From: Ptychomitrium polyphyllum | Lineage: Eukaryota | Direction: 5' to 3' | NCBI GenBank assembly: GCA_973851085.1 | Contig: OZ316775.1 | Location: 4,836,001 to 4,900,000 of the forward strand | Length of the DNA: 64,000 bases | In this document: piece by piece, positions 24,163 to 38,200 of the stretch | How positions within the stretch are numbered: position 1 is the stretch's first letter | Layout of the letters: each line of letters begins with the position of its first letter | Notes under the pieces: model-generated | Told to the model about the DNA's origin: nothing | Seen by the model: only the letters and a program-made list of their open reading frames with translations | Database searches by the model: none | Translations under genes and position numbers: made by a program

Positions 24163-27100
24163 ATGGCCTCCCCCATGGTATCGCGCGTTGTCGCGCGCGG
24201 CGTGACGGGGGGTCATTACATTGGGAGGATTAGAGTGTTGCCTCAATTGCGTGCTTTGGTGTTGTCGTCTTCGTCTTTGCCGGGTTCGTCTGCGTCGTCG
24301 GGTTGTCATTTTTCGAGTAGGACAGGAGAGAGCGAGGAAGCGCAGTCGCAGACTCGGTCCCAGGCTCCGGATGAGACCCCATCTTCTTCGAGTATTCCGA
24401 CGCCGCAGGTGGTGTACAAGAAAGTGAGTGAGACGTTTCGAAATGCTGCGTCGTCTGCAGGGAGTGCGTTGCATAAGATGAGAGAGGCGAAACTAGTTGA
24501 TTCTGTGAGGACAGGGTACACGTTTCTGAAGGAAGAAATGAGCAACACCTCCCCTCGGAGAAAACAGAAACCTCCAGCGGAAACGCCTGTGACTGAGGCT
24601 CCCCCCGAAAATACCACTGTCAACGCTATCGTTCCGGTTGTGAAGAAGACTTCCGGGTGGGAGAAGAAATGGGAGACTTTGAAAGAGAAGGTGAGAGATG
24701 GCGATGCATTCTGATAGTGCAAATCAGAGATTCCTTTCTGGATCTTGTCTTGAGTGTGGGATCACTTCTTGCTCACACACTGTTGAAAATTGGAACTATG
24801 TCAAGGCCAACATTCTATTTCGAAGGTCATTTAGTTTAATACAGTTATGGCGTCCTCTTTTCAGGTCATTGTGATTTGCATTTGTATTTCCAGAGTTTGT
24901 ATAGAACTGGATACGGAAAACTAATCAGACCACTTATTTACAGGCAAAGTCACATCCAGCTTTCAAGCGAATCAAGACTGTCACAGATCATCCAGTGGTC
25001 ACGAAGGGTCATGAGGTAAGCTCCTTGTAAGGTTCAATTTTGATATTCAGGTCTGAGTAGGCAGTTATGAATGTAAAGTGACTGCTTTATGGCTGCCTAG
25101 TATATTTAAAGAATAGCTGAAGGAGTGAAAGTTTCGGTCCCTGTGTGAATCGATCTTCTCTGCTATATGGAGAATGACATGACTTATTGTTTGCCTGGTT
25201 TTTCTGCAGCTCGCAGAGGATTTGCGGGAAAGATGGGAGACTAGCGACAGTCCTGTAGTTCACCGAATCCAAGAGTACGTGCCATTATTTCCTGTTATAG
25301 GAGGAAATATTGACCTAAGATTGCACTATGTTGAAGTGAGAGGATAAGCGATATTTTCACGATGTAACGAGAGATTTATCTCTACCTTCTGAAAATGTTT
25401 AGTGAAGATTTTAAAATGCAAAGTAAGTTTCGTTCCATGAGGATGTGGAATGTTTTTTGAGTTCTGTGACATATTTCATAACTCAAGGAGTTACAGAATA
25501 CCCATATGAAGTTGGGTTTTGAGGTGTAGAGAAGTATTATTCCGTTGAAAGCAATTTATCTGGATTCATGTCGACAGTCAGACTATCGACCAGCCAAACT
25601 AGATTTAGGACTTAACATGACAACATCACTGATTTGTGATAAACTCTTCGTTTTTTTGCAGTTTGAACGAATCTCTTTTTGGTGAAACTGCCACTGCTGC
25701 AGCCATGCGCGAAATCCGTCGCCATGACCCGTAAGTTTTCACGGGATTGGCCCAAGTCACTAAAGGCCTCGGTGGTCCTGCTCTGCAATGTGCCTTAATA
25801 GTAGTATGTCGATATATATACAGGGATGAGAAGGGAGGCGAAACAATTAAAGACTTAGTTTCTAGTGTTATTGTCACAATGGCCTGCCGCGCTTAAATTT
25901 TCTTCACCATTTGACTGTCGTTTTACCACAGTTCTGTTGTGGAGTTATCTGTTCATTAACTATCTCTATCATGGGCAATTTTAAGGATGAAGGTTTCTCT
26001 CCGGTGGGTATCATAGACATGATACTTTTCTTCTGAAGTATTAATTTGGAAGTGTCTGAGTTTGAGGTAGATCATTCACATATTCAGGCTTTCTTGCCGA
26101 GATCCAAGGCGACATACGACCTACACTTCGAGCTTATCTAAAGGTAAAACTCATTAAAAGCTGCCTTAGATGTGCCTGACGGAGTGAAAGGAGTCCTATC
26201 AGTTGTTTTTATACCCTGGTTCTCTATATCATTTCTTATTTCAAACTTCATTTGTAATATTGAACCAGGGTGATTTAGCCACTTTGAAAAAGAAGTGTAG
26301 TAGGGAGGTGGTAGAGCGTTGTCAAGCAGAGAGAAGGGCATTGGAGAGCCAAGGCATCTTCTTGGACAACGAGGTGAAATTCGTTTACCATCTGTTTTAT
26401 AATGTCTAACGTTGTTGTATCACTGTTTTTTCAATATAGTAACACTGGAAGAATCTAGATGTGGTAAGACTGCTTTTAATCTGGAATGAGGCCAGTTCCT
26501 GACCTATGAATAGATTCGATAAATCAAGTTCTATATCATTTGTCTTCTGTGATTCAAATCAGCCTCTCTAAAGGAATGTATCACTGAATGCCTGGCTCAC
26601 ATCTGTGAACTGCTAACAGATTTTACACATATCTGATGTTGAGATAAAGGAGACAAAGCTGTTGGGAAGTTCACCGATTATTATAATTTCCGTGAGTACT
26701 CATTTTCAGTCTCCATGAATCCTGATTACCTTTGCGTTACCCATGATGTATCTGACCTTTACTAGAAAATTCATTAGCGTGGCTTGAAATATGTTCTAGA
26801 CCTCGAGAAGTCTTGTATAGTAGTTATTGATTTAGGCTCAGAACAACGCAGCAGTCTGATATTGTGAGTTTGTTGCCATGTTTCTTGAAAGTTTCAAACT
26901 CAGCAAATTCATTGTGCTCGGGACAAAGCTGGGAACATAATTGAGGGAGCTAGGGTATGCTACGAACTATGCCTCTGTCCTCACATCAGTCCACCTGTAT
27001 GAAAGTGTCTTCTGAAGGTCAAAGTTTTTTCGATCAGTTGAGATAAACGTGAATGTTTAACTATAAATGTTTTTCAGTTCTTTGTGAGTAGCGGGACATC

Positions 27101-27382
27101 TGAGATACCTTTTGTTTGTAAATTTCGAGGCTGAAATTTTTAACTCTTACTCAGTTCATAGATGTATAGTGATTTTTGTTTGAGTGAGGTGAATGTAATT
27201 GAGTACGTAGTGCTATTTGGATTTTTATTTAACGAAGCTGTGGGATTTTGTAGGATGATATCCACACAATATTCTATGCATGGGCTATGCAATTAGAGAG
27301 CCCGGAGGAGGGAACTGGAGACTTTCAAACCCGATGGAAACTAAGAGAGATGCAGCAGGCTGGCATGCAGGCTCTTATATGA
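24163..27382 (+). CDS. TIM44: Mitochondrial import inner membrane translocase subunit TIM44, multi-exon
   Basis: Presequence-like N-terminus. Exons encode AEDLRERWETSDSPVVHRIQ, MREIRRHDP, ILHISDVEIKETKLLGSSPIIII, FQTQQIHCARDKAGNIIEG and DIHTIFYAWAMQ...WKLREMQQAGMQALI*. Confidence 0.92.
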
Positions 27383-28347
27383 TTGATTTGGGGATCTCAC
27401 GAGCATCCCTTTCTTTAGTTTAAAGGTTCGCTGATTGGGTTGGTTTTCCATCCACTTGAGAACAAATTCGTTTCCTTGTTCAGCGTATACTATTACAGAT
27501 TGGCACTAGGGAGGCTAGTGGAAAGTGTGTGTTGTGCACACAAATAAGCGGTTAGGATCATTGCCGTTTTGGGTTTCTTCGGTGGGGAGTATTCTCTCTG
27601 TTGAAGAGCCCAAGAGAAGTTTCTCAGCGCAGTCTTTCATCTGATATGAGGTACCTATTATCACTATGCTCAAAGAATGGGAATGTATTTCTGAGGAGAT
27701 AAAGTTGCAACACGGAATTATTAGAAATCACAATTACATTAATCGTGATTAGAGTGGCATGATTACCACCTCTTGACTGGTTACTTCTTTAGTCAGTCGC
27801 AGGATTTTAGGTCTTTATGTACTAAGAGGAAAGCTCCTTGTAAGCTGAAGCGGTTTCACGAGTTCTTAACTGGTTAAGAAAGCTTATTTAAATTTTGGTA
27901 TACAATTTCATTCAAAATTGAAAGAATTTGAATTTGAAGTACTGTGTTTTTGATTGGAAACATGAAATGTGTTTCAATTTTGTTTGGATATGGGTGATAT
28001 CTAAGTGTCGAGAAACGTTTTAGCCATCGTCAACAATTGCACGTTAAATGTCAAATTTCTTTGCAGATGTCCTCTCTTTTTGTTTTAGTGAAATTTTTGG
28101 CTTCACATCCAAACAAACAGGAGCTAGTAGGCTATAAATTCTTCAGGCATATATATGTATGTATAAAGCATCGTTTATTTAGGAACATTGCCAGTTTGAT
28201 GCAAAGAATATAAATATACCACACATTTCTAAGTGTGCAAATGATTGGTTATTTAAAATGGTAAACAAAGCATTCCATTGTTGGGTTTTGTAGTGAATTT
28301 GGAAACTTATGCAATGATTTGCGACTACAAGAAATATTATAATATGG

Positions 28348-28415
28348 TCTTTCTCTATGGATTGGCTATGCTCTTTCTCTATGGATTGGCTATGCTCTTT
28401 CTCTATGGATTGGCT
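28348..28415. repeat. 24 bp tandem repeat, ~2.8 copies (tctttctctatggattggctatgc)
   Basis: Read directly from the sequence. Confidence 0.9.
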
Positions 28416-29488
28416 TAATACATCCAGTTGAAAGATTGATAAATTATTTGTATGACATTAATTTTTTCAAACCCACATAGATGGTATTAAATTGTATAAT
28501 GTACATAGTTGTATAAACAATATTTATTTATAATAAAATCTCATGTTTTAATATTTGATCCATTGATTTCTTTTCTAATCATAAAATCTTAAAAATCGTC
28601 GAGATGATGAATTGTTTTTATTTGATGGACCTTATGGAAAAAAATCAAGATTGATGTCATTCCACCATTACCAGCAAAACCATTTGATGCTGAAAGTGGT
28701 GGACACTTCAACCATACTATACAACCAATCCAACCAACTTTCACATCATTCACACAATTTAAACATGGACCGACACAATTACCAATATCATGTTGTAAAC
28801 ATAAGAAAGGTTTCCATTTCAACAAAGAAGAGTTGGACAACTATTGAAAGCTTTTCATTGCCTGGGAAATATCACATGTCCACAGTGTACTGAAGACAGT
28901 GGCAAAGCAGTGCAGGCGAATCCAGGACTAGTGCTTTGAACTCCTCTTGATCGTATGATATTGCTGTTTTGGTTCTTGCCTGTGCCTAACTTTTAAAATT
29001 CATTTGCAAGCACTCGGTACCACGAACAAGCCGCTTGAGCTTGGAGTTTAATTGATCAACCCATAAACCAATGATCATATCTGATGCATTGATTTGAAGT
29101 TTGATGTTACTCTAGTGATTCTGATGTGAAGACTTAAGATCAAAACTGTGAATTCAGCCAAGATCCATCTCAGAATTGATATGGCAGTGTCCAAGTCCAT
29201 ATGGAATGCCAGTCTCTCAAAGAGGTTGGCAGGACAAAAAGAGGATCTGACAATGCTGCTACTTGGCGCTATGGAAGAAGGACGATTGTTTCGTTTTGAA
29301 GGTAGCATAGTCTCGGATAATACATTATGTGGGATATTTTGGGTGACAGTAATCCAGTGGGAATGCCCCTGGTGCACTCGCCTGCAGTGAACAAATTAGT
29401 AGTGGTGGCTTTTGTTTTCACTCTTTTCACATTGGCACTCTGTTTCAAAAATGCTGCAGAGCTGTGGGTTGAGCTGTGGGTTGATCAG

Positions 29489-30106
29489 GTGGCTCACTTA
29501 TAGCGCAGAAGACATTGAGTCTGAATGAGGACACTGACTACCCTTTTGTGATAGCAATATAACGGGATCTGGACCAGCGACAGTATACCTTGGACATGCT
29601 TGGGGACCCTATTATCTCGCTGTATTTGCTTTTACTGAATTCGTCGATATCATCAACCCTGCCGGCTGGTACAACTGGAGGATCCTTCCAGAGAAGGGTG
29701 AGTGCTCCTTCCACATTCTCGCTCTTGGCAACTCGGTCCTTTGTTACTTAAACCCTTCTTAGCTCTAACAGGTTGGTTGTATTGACTGTCACATTATTGA
29801 GCATGCTCTGTTTGTGCACCATCTTGTTTGAACACCAGAGCTGCCAGAACACCATCGTTCTTTCCAAATATTCTTAAAATTGTTTCGCTTGTCATAGGAT
29901 CGCTTAAGTGGAATGTTGGAGATTTTAATATCTTGAGGCTAGTGTTTCCTTGCAGCTTTGTATTATATGGCCAATACAAGTGCTTCGGATCCGGCGCAAA
30001 CAAAGCAAACAGAGCTGCCTGGTCTCACGAATTCACGGATGCCCAAGCAGCACCTTTTATGAGTCTTGGATACATCGTTGGCAGCTGCTGGGTAACGGGA
30101 GAGTAA
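29489..30106 (+). pseudogene. Pectin methylesterase C-terminal fragment, two exons, frameshifted
   Basis: GSLIAQK...EDTDY / frameshift / SNITGSGPATVYLGHAWGPY...IINPAGWYNW, then an intron, then YGQYKCFGSGAN...W...TDAQAAPFMSLGYI.G..W. No N-terminal exons recognised. Confidence 0.75.
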
Positions 30107-31272
30107 ATTGGTAGGATTCTTGTTCATTGACTACTGCTGGAACAAGGTCTGATCATGTGTTGATACTTCATTTCATGCTCGGAAGATACTTGCGGAGCAT
30201 TGGATACTGTAAAGAACGACATGACTATCACAAGAAGGTTAGCTTGTGGCTTGAGTAAAAGGTATAAAGACGATTGCGAGGATCTTCCAACTTTTCGTCT
30301 GGCATAGAGGTATTTTAGATCATCCCACTGTCATACGAAGAACTTAAATACTTTAACAGACAGTAGATTATTAGAGCCCCACATCAATGGTCACGAACAG
30401 AGTACACTGTTCTACATTTCTAGCTACAATAAGCCATAGCTTCTGATTCTCTTGCAATGCTCTTTTCATTGTCACCTTTTCCTTGAGCAAAGCATCAGTA
30501 AGTCCTGACCGCCATTACCCTGGATATTGTTTATGCTGGATCTTGCATACTCTGTGACATGCCAAATCAGCAAATTCAAACCGTACAGTTTACAACCCTG
30601 AATAGTGCAATGTATCCCTCCCTTTTAGGACCTAAAACAAGGAAGAGGGGTCGAGTGTGCTGTGCTTTTTTGATTTCGACAAGCACAATGACTCTATTGC
30701 ACTGTATTTTGGAAGTCCTGCTCAACACTCGTTTCTAAGCTGAACCACAAATATAAATTATACAGTTTCTTCATTTGATGTCAATTACCTGGCCATAACA
30801 CTAAGAATCTAGGCCATTTCCTGAACGCCAATCAACCCACGCGATAACATAAAGATGCAATGTAACTGTGGCTCTACTCAAAAACTTAAAATAGATGTGG
30901 TTCAAGCAATACCCACACTATCTCTTACCTTCCACAGGAGCAAATACAAACAAACCCAAGCAAGCTGCTCGTAGGATTTTCAAAATAGACCTACGCACTC
31001 AGCTCTCCTGACTGATATCCAAAAACTAAAAGTACCCGCTACAGACTCATGTCATATATCAGCATGGATGGTTCACTGAACTCATCAATGCACGAGTACT
31101 GGTCATCAAATTCTAGCTATAGCTTAGATAACAGAGCAAGTTCTAAAGAATCATTCACAAAACCAAAACATTCCTCACAACGGGGCACCCAGTTTAAATC
31201 TCGTTTAAGCAGCGAGGCTTTTCTTCTCTCGGAGAAGAAAACTTCTCATGTTGTTGACGAGTGCAGGTTGCA

Positions 31273-31701
31273 TCACTCGTGAGTCTTCTCGTGGCATACT
31301 GGATTGAACTTGTGCGTTGCGATCCACCACGTATTGCCCGCGGAGTCCTTGACAGCGCACATCCGATCGCCGAAATACTCATCCTTGGGCTCTTGCACCG
31401 ACGTCAGGCCCCTGCTCAATGCGAGCTCGTAGGTTTTGTCCACATCTTTCACATAAACGTGCAACCACGTCGGAAACGCTGGGGCCTCCTTGTTGCCGTC
31501 GTGGATCATCACAGCCGTGTCGCCGATGCGCAGCGTTGCGTGCAAGATGGTCTTGTCGGCGTCATTCACAATGCGGTACAACGTCTGCGCGTTGAGCACT
31601 TGGGTCATGAAGTCGATCACCTTCTGCGCTCCGTCTGCCACTATCCAGGAAGACACAGTCGAGTGGCCCTCCCTCTGCCAGTGCTCAGCCTTGATCGCCA
31701 T
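31273..31701 (-). CDS. VOC superfamily (glyoxalase/bleomycin resistance, PhnB-like) protein, 142 aa, intronless
   Basis: ILHATLRIGDTAVMIHD, LHVYVKDVDKTYELAL..G...VQEP.D.YFGDR...VKD..GNTWWIATH, typical of bacterial PhnB-like VOC proteins. Intact ORF with good ATG context. Confidence 0.88.
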   Translation of the reverse strand: MAIKAEHWQREGHSTVSSWIVADGAQKVIDFMTQVLNAQTLYRIVNDADKTILHATLRIGDTAVMIHDGNKEAPAFPTWLHVYVKDVDKTYELALSRGLTSVQEPKDEYFGDRMCAVKDSAGNTWWIATHKFNPVCHEKTHE

Positions 31702-33289
31702 TGCAAGCTGGGTTGGAAGCTCTGTCGAGATCTATCAAATACTGCCTGTGCAGAAAGCAATAGTAATCTCACAATCACGATCGAAAGCACGCGCTTAACA
31801 AGAGAGAATGTTGTTGAATGATCAAAAGGAGCTCGACTTTATGAAGCAAAAGCTTCCTGGTGAAGCTTTCACCTTCCGCTATTCTGAGAATGGTTTAGAT
31901 TTGTATATTATTTGTGAGCCGCCAATATGCCCGAGCTTCTGGTACCTAAAAACACACTGAGATAATAGATTATGTAAAAGTAGCTCGTCGAGGGTTAGGG
32001 TGAACTAGTGGGGGTATGTTCTAGGTGACTCTTGTTGTGGATCTACAGCAATAAGTGTATTTGCAATGAACAGGATGTTCATTCGCTGCGGGAAATTGCA
32101 AGGAAAGCATGCACGAAGTTTCTCTGCAGCAAAATTGCTTGTGATCAAATGGATGTGTCTAGTGAGAACAGTACTTAACATCAACAACGTCTGGCCTTCA
32201 CTAATTTGAAATATCAATGAAGCAGTGGGGAAGAGAATGATGGCTATAGCGCTTTGTTACAACTTGCTCTTTTTGATTCTTCTGATTAAACCATTGCATT
32301 CTAATTTTGCGGTAAAACTTGGTAGCTACTGCAGGTTATTTTCTTGATTCTGTGCGTGAAAATTTGACACAGAAATGAAGAAAGAACTTCAAAGGTTTAG
32401 GAGTCAGCTACATTGTCTGTTGACATTTTATTTGATTTTTTATGTGCACTGCAGAGTTCACTAAAATAGTTGCTGCAATGAGTAATTGAAACGAGCAGGT
32501 GCTAATTTGATTAAGTGCACTTCCTTTGGCTAATTATGCCACTCATACTAACTTTTCAGTTAAGGCTACAATTTTTCACATAAAATGAATACTTTTATTA
32601 AGAAAGAAAAAATCTAAACTACTCATTTTGAAAGTTTTTTATGTAAAAATTTGGACTAAAGAGTTAGCTATCTATGAATCACTTAGTGTTAGTAGCACTG
32701 TTAGCCAATATTATTGTGGTTCTTCTGCAATGAACAGGTTTTAGTTAGCCTAACTAAAACCTTTGCACATTAGCATCTACCATTTTATTGCAATTCAAAT
32801 TTAACTTGTCATGGTTTGCGACATCAGCTCCGCCGGAATGCCTCTGATCTTGACGAACACTATTTCTTTAGTTGGCTTTTTCTTTGACTTCTGAGCAAGT
32901 GCACAAATCTTAAACCGAAACTTTGTCCTGGTCATCAAAGCTGTTAATGCGTGTAAATCTCAGTTCTCACCAAGATGAACAGTATTTCCTTTCTGCTTAA
33001 AACCAGTAAATGTCTTCATGCATATCCGACAATAAGAAAATAAGTACTTCAATTTACAGATGTTGTGCCTCGGTCGTTGGATATTGTTTGGATGTGCATC
33101 TCGATGAAAGCTCCCATCGTACGAGATCCCGAATGTGAAGATGGACATTGGGAACATACAGTTGAATTGGGGTTACATGGGCTGATCTCTTACCACTCCC
33201 CCTTGTGCTGAGAATGTCACTTAGACTGTCATGGTGGGCAATGTATGCTCCACTTTCAGACACATTCTAACCTACTGTGTAATACTTCT

Positions 33290-33960
33290 GATCTTACGAG
33301 CAACGGCAGCCTGGACAAGTGGCGCCACCAGAACCTCATCCCGAATCCATCATCTTGGAATGTGCGGCTGTCCATTCTGGCAAATGTAGCGTCAGGGCTG
33401 GAGTATCTGCACAAGGGATGGGAGAAATGCGTGCTGCACAGGGACTTCCTGCAACGTGATGCTGGATGCGGATTTCAACGCGTACTTGGGCGTCTTCGGA
33501 TTAAGCCTGTTGAAACACCGCAAGATGCAGAAAACCGCGGTGCTGGCAGGTACGTTGGACTACATAGCCTCGGAAATGCTCCTCACCGGAAAGGCTATGA
33601 AGGAGTCAAACGTGTTTGCCTTTGAAGTGTTGGTGCTGGAAGTGGTGTGTAGGAGGAGGCCCCTTTCATGAATCCTGTGGGCAGGGACGAAGTGGAGAAC
33701 TTTCTGCTGCTAGAGAGAGCGTGACGTGCACATGAAGCTTGCAACATCGTAGAAATGGCGGATTCAAGGGTTGTTGATGACCATAAAAACATAGATCATA
33801 TAATAATTGGAGTAGACTGAGTGCGTGATACTCATGACGATGGAATGGTTGAGGGGAACGAGTCCATGGTAGCCGTATTCTTGCACTTGGGGCTTTTGTT
33901 CTGTCTTCAGAATCCCAGAGAGAGACCTTCTGTGTGGCTGGTGGGCCAGTATTTTATTTA
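33290..33960 (+). pseudogene. Receptor-like kinase domain remnant (L-type lectin RLK-like)
   Basis: NGSLDKW...W..RLSIL..VASGLEYLHKGWEKCVLHRD, then a frameshift, NVMLDADFNAYLGVFGL (DFG lost), LAGTLDYIASE, VFAFEVLVLEVVC.RRP, then a stop, and later LHLGLLFC...P.ERPS. Confidence 0.85.
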
Positions 33961-35232
33961 AGCGAGGTGGGAATGATGGAGTTGCCTTCCTTAACTACCA
34001 AGAAACCTGTCCACCTGCTGTATCTTAGTACAACTTGGTGGCCAATTCATTAGAGACTACATCGTCATCGCAGTCGTCGGATATCAATCTGCAGCGTTCA
34101 TTAATCGTCGACATTAATCCATACTTAGATAGCTTTCAGTAAGAGAATGATGTCACTGATTTTATTTTTTAAGTGCAATTCTCGAGCTTCACTACATGGA
34201 GGTTTCATATGCTGGCTATGGCCATTGCCTTTAGCTCCAGATTCTGAGTGGAAGACCTCATATCGAGAGGAAGACCTCATTCCGAGTGAAGTGTACCTGA
34301 ATTGTGCATCGAAGCAATTATGGTTTACGCTTCGTCCCAATTGACATAGTGTATATGAAACGCAGACATCTTGTATGAGTAATCATGCGGTGGGTGTCAG
34401 TGATAGCGGTCGGCCATTTGTACCCCAAGACTCCGAAGCTGCGGGATGGATTCGTTCTAAACGAACCTCGAGGAGCTAGCCTTCCTTCTTTTCTTCCTCT
34501 GATCCCGTGATCAACAACACCGTTGAATCAGAAACGGGAATTTAATGTGAAGATCCTACTCTGTATTTACACGAGCTGTAGTGTCAGACAATTGAGCAAG
34601 ATTGTGCATGTAGTTAACCAAATCCAAGGACAATTCAAAGTATTGGTGGTTTCAGCGCGCCATATACGAACCTTCGGTAGTGTTTTGGAGGAAACGTGAA
34701 CGGTTACCAGCAGCTAAAAAGACTTAGTGCATCATGGTCAGATGCTGAGAACGTTATGCAAAACAGAGTTGTCATTCTGATTTGGGACACCGAAATTACT
34801 CGATTCAAGCTACTAAAAGTAGTTCTGATTAGAAAGAAATGTCCATGACACTAGTGTTGATATGCCAAAAACGCAATGTCTTAGATCAAATAGTGTGTGA
34901 TAGAACCCCAGTGGTGGAGACAATTCATGTTACGTGTGACGTGAGAATGTCTCGGACGTCAAAACATCATGACCAACTGGGATGAGGGTGCCTGCTTCAT
35001 GCTTGTATATGCAAGCACATCGGTAACTCCAACGTTACTACCTAACGTAACATTGATTGCAGTGAAGACCATACGACGCGGAGTCCTTAAGAGAGGAGTC
35101 AGAATTGCTCACCCGACAAATTCTGCCAAACTAAGCTCTAAGGTTCATCAGCGCAGAGTACTAGAATAAGGCATCACTGGAGATCGTAGGATTGAAAGAG
35201 ATCCTGTTTTGCAAATGTTCTTTGTTTACTAT

Positions 35233-38200
35233 TCAGTCCACAAAAAAGCTATTTTGATGAACCAATGGATTTGACTTGTTCGAGAGATTGGCTTCGCAAG
35301 GGTCCGGAGCCTTCTCCACCCTGATCTGCATTTTAAGTAGCAGACTGTAACAATAAGTACGAGCAGTGTTCATGAACTTGTAACAACGAAAATTCAGATT
35401 ACAAATGCAAAAGCCAACATCATCTTAGGCGTTGGCCCTGACGGGCTAGCAGCTTTGCTAAATTGAAACATCAAAAAGCGTTAAGAAGAGGACTTGCACA
35501 TTGCTAAGTACGTCAATCATCGTCATCTTTGTACCTGATCTTACTTCTGCGTTACTGGCAAGGTCAGAACCTACATTGTCTTGGGCGATTTGTGCGGCAA
35601 TTGACCGGCTCGAAATAAGGCAACGATCTGACCTTCTCACCAGACCTGCGAACATGAATTTCTCTTAGGACCTGTAACGCTTAAAATAACACAAGAATCT
35701 AATAGAAAGCAAGTGATCATCAATTTATGCGATAGCAAGCTCCAATTTCTAATAATTTCTCCAAGCAAATTCTCTCACGTCTGAAACTTGAAAAACACCT
35801 CGCTTTCTTCCTCCCAAGGGAATCATGACTCTATTACCAACCATTTCGTGCCCGGCTTGGAAAGATAATTCAAGCCTCAATTCCAAATAATAACCTTAAG
35901 AATAAACAGTGAGAAGTCCGCCAAGATATGCCAACAAAACTAGATCAAAAAGAAGGAAAGAAGCTGAGATTTCCATTGTTAATTCCGCGACCACACTCAA
36001 GCAATTGATAACCACTATAAGTATCGAGTGTCATGGCATACTGAATCGACTAGCTTACTGGTGCTTGTGGGCAGCGCAACAGAAGAAGACTGAGAACTTG
36101 CAGCAGACTCAATAGCATCTGCTGTTTCACTTAAATTTTTAATAGCTGTCTTCATTCCCGGCATAGAACTTTTCACATTATCCATGAGTCCCTGCAATAT
36201 AAACGAAAATTAATTTCAGCTACTAACTCGAAAGCGTGTCGAATATACCAACTAAAAAGTAAGAAAATAAGTTTCTCAGCTGTGATTTACTGTGCCGAAA
36301 TTGTTTGTACATAAATGTCGCTATCCAAACTGCCTGGACGGGTAAGGGAACAGAGATTCAAGCGGAATTCAACTAAAGATTGTAGTACTGCTTGCCAAAT
36401 GATGAAATAACAATCACAAGAAATACTGCAACTATGCTGCCGAGCACTAGCAGCAGCAGACTACTTCGAGATGTAAGATTATTACCTAGCAGCCATTCAG
36501 GCCACCATCACCGTTCGCGGCATGACCTTCAAATTCAAGCCAAATCTACTATCAACATTGATGCATACCTTAACGTTTTCCAGGTGCTCTTTATGTTCTG
36601 CAAGAGTTGCACGAACTGCATACGCATGTGCATTTTCTTCCCCAGTTTCTAGAATCTCCGGTCCAGCTCCATTGTTGGTCTGGGCCTTTATCATCCCGAC
36701 AAATATTGGAGAACATCAAGAATAGTCCCAGAAACTACATAAAATTATGTCCTATTTTTCACATAATGGTCTAGTTTCTGAAGGAAGGAAGGAGGGAAGG
36801 AAGGAAAGGTTGTTTTTATTGGAGCTAAGCAGAAAATATGAATTTCTCGCTAAAAGGCGCACCACTTAAAATTTTGAGGAAGATGGAACGTGACGACATA
36901 TCGAACTGAATGGCAAGACTGTGTTTCGGACCAGATTATGTCACGAGAGAAACCAGTCCATTTCAAAAACATGATGACGGTTTCAAATCATTACCAAACG
37001 AAGAGCTTGCTTGTGGATGCGCTGTAATGCATTAGTCCAACGCCGCAACACTTCAGACACGTCCAAAGGAGAAGCATCCTGTCCGTTTTTTTCATATGAT
37101 TTGCTGCAAGTCTCATTGTTGGAAATTCCGTCATTTTCTGTACCATTATGACTCGAATTTTCTTCACATCGCCGGCTGAAGCTTGCATCATATGATAAAG
37201 AATCAACACAAGGTCGTCCAGCATCCTGGTCAATCGAAGCACGCAACATTGTGGCGTCTATCCTGAACCTGCAGAAAAGATTAGTCTCACAGCAGTTCAA
37301 AATTTGTTGAAGCAGCTGACATAAGACATTGCCAGAAGATCATATAAACGTGAGGGTGGCAAGCTTCAAGAAGAGAGAAATCCAATCAGTAATAAGTGCT
37401 GCTGTTCCCAAAGATGGCACGACAAAGTACCTGTGCTCTCTATGAGCAATCAAGTCCTCAATAGGTCCAGATGTGACCTTAGCACTGTGTTCTGCAACAA
37501 TAACACCGGAAACAGAAAGTGAGCCACGAGCCCTCAGACGAATTGTATGGATCATGGCACGATTTTCCTGTATGACTGAAAAAAAAGTATTCACGCAGAA
37601 TCATGATAGTGTATATAAAAATAACTCCGGTTGCAAGCAACCAGCGTGGACAAAGGGCCCGTACTTCCATAGAATGCTGCTGGGTGGCCGCATGACCACG
37701 GCAGATTTCTCAGAAGCATGATAACTTAATGGGTGATTTTAGAATGAAAATGATAAACTATCAACTAATATTAAAGTGCTCCTTAATTCCAAGCCTTCGT
37801 TGGGTTGATAAATCCTGATACATTTTGACACAGACCTGTGTGATCCAAAAGAGTTTTCCAGATTTGCGAAGCTCGATCCAATGTGATGGACTTTACACCT
37901 GCAGCTGCTGCCTTGCCTGCGTTACTTGATGTTCCTCCTTTTGCTTCAAACAATTCTACTCCAGACTCTTGCACTTTTCCCAGCTCTTGTTTCAAAAATG
38001 CCTACATCTACATGCCAGTTAGTGCATTTGCAAGTAAGACATAATGAAAAAGGATTGCTTCTAGTTTAAGTTTCCTGGCTACTTCTCTGACCAGTCGTAC
38101 ATCCTTGTCTTTGTCATCACCTCTAGCCAACAGATGAATTGAAATGACAATCAATTTGTGGTTCGACCGTGGATTTTTAAACTTAATTCTTACGCTTTAA

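Noticed and set aside
28348..28415. CRISPR-like array
   Set aside because: Contiguous tandem copies with no spacers, in eukaryotic DNA; an ordinary minisatellite.
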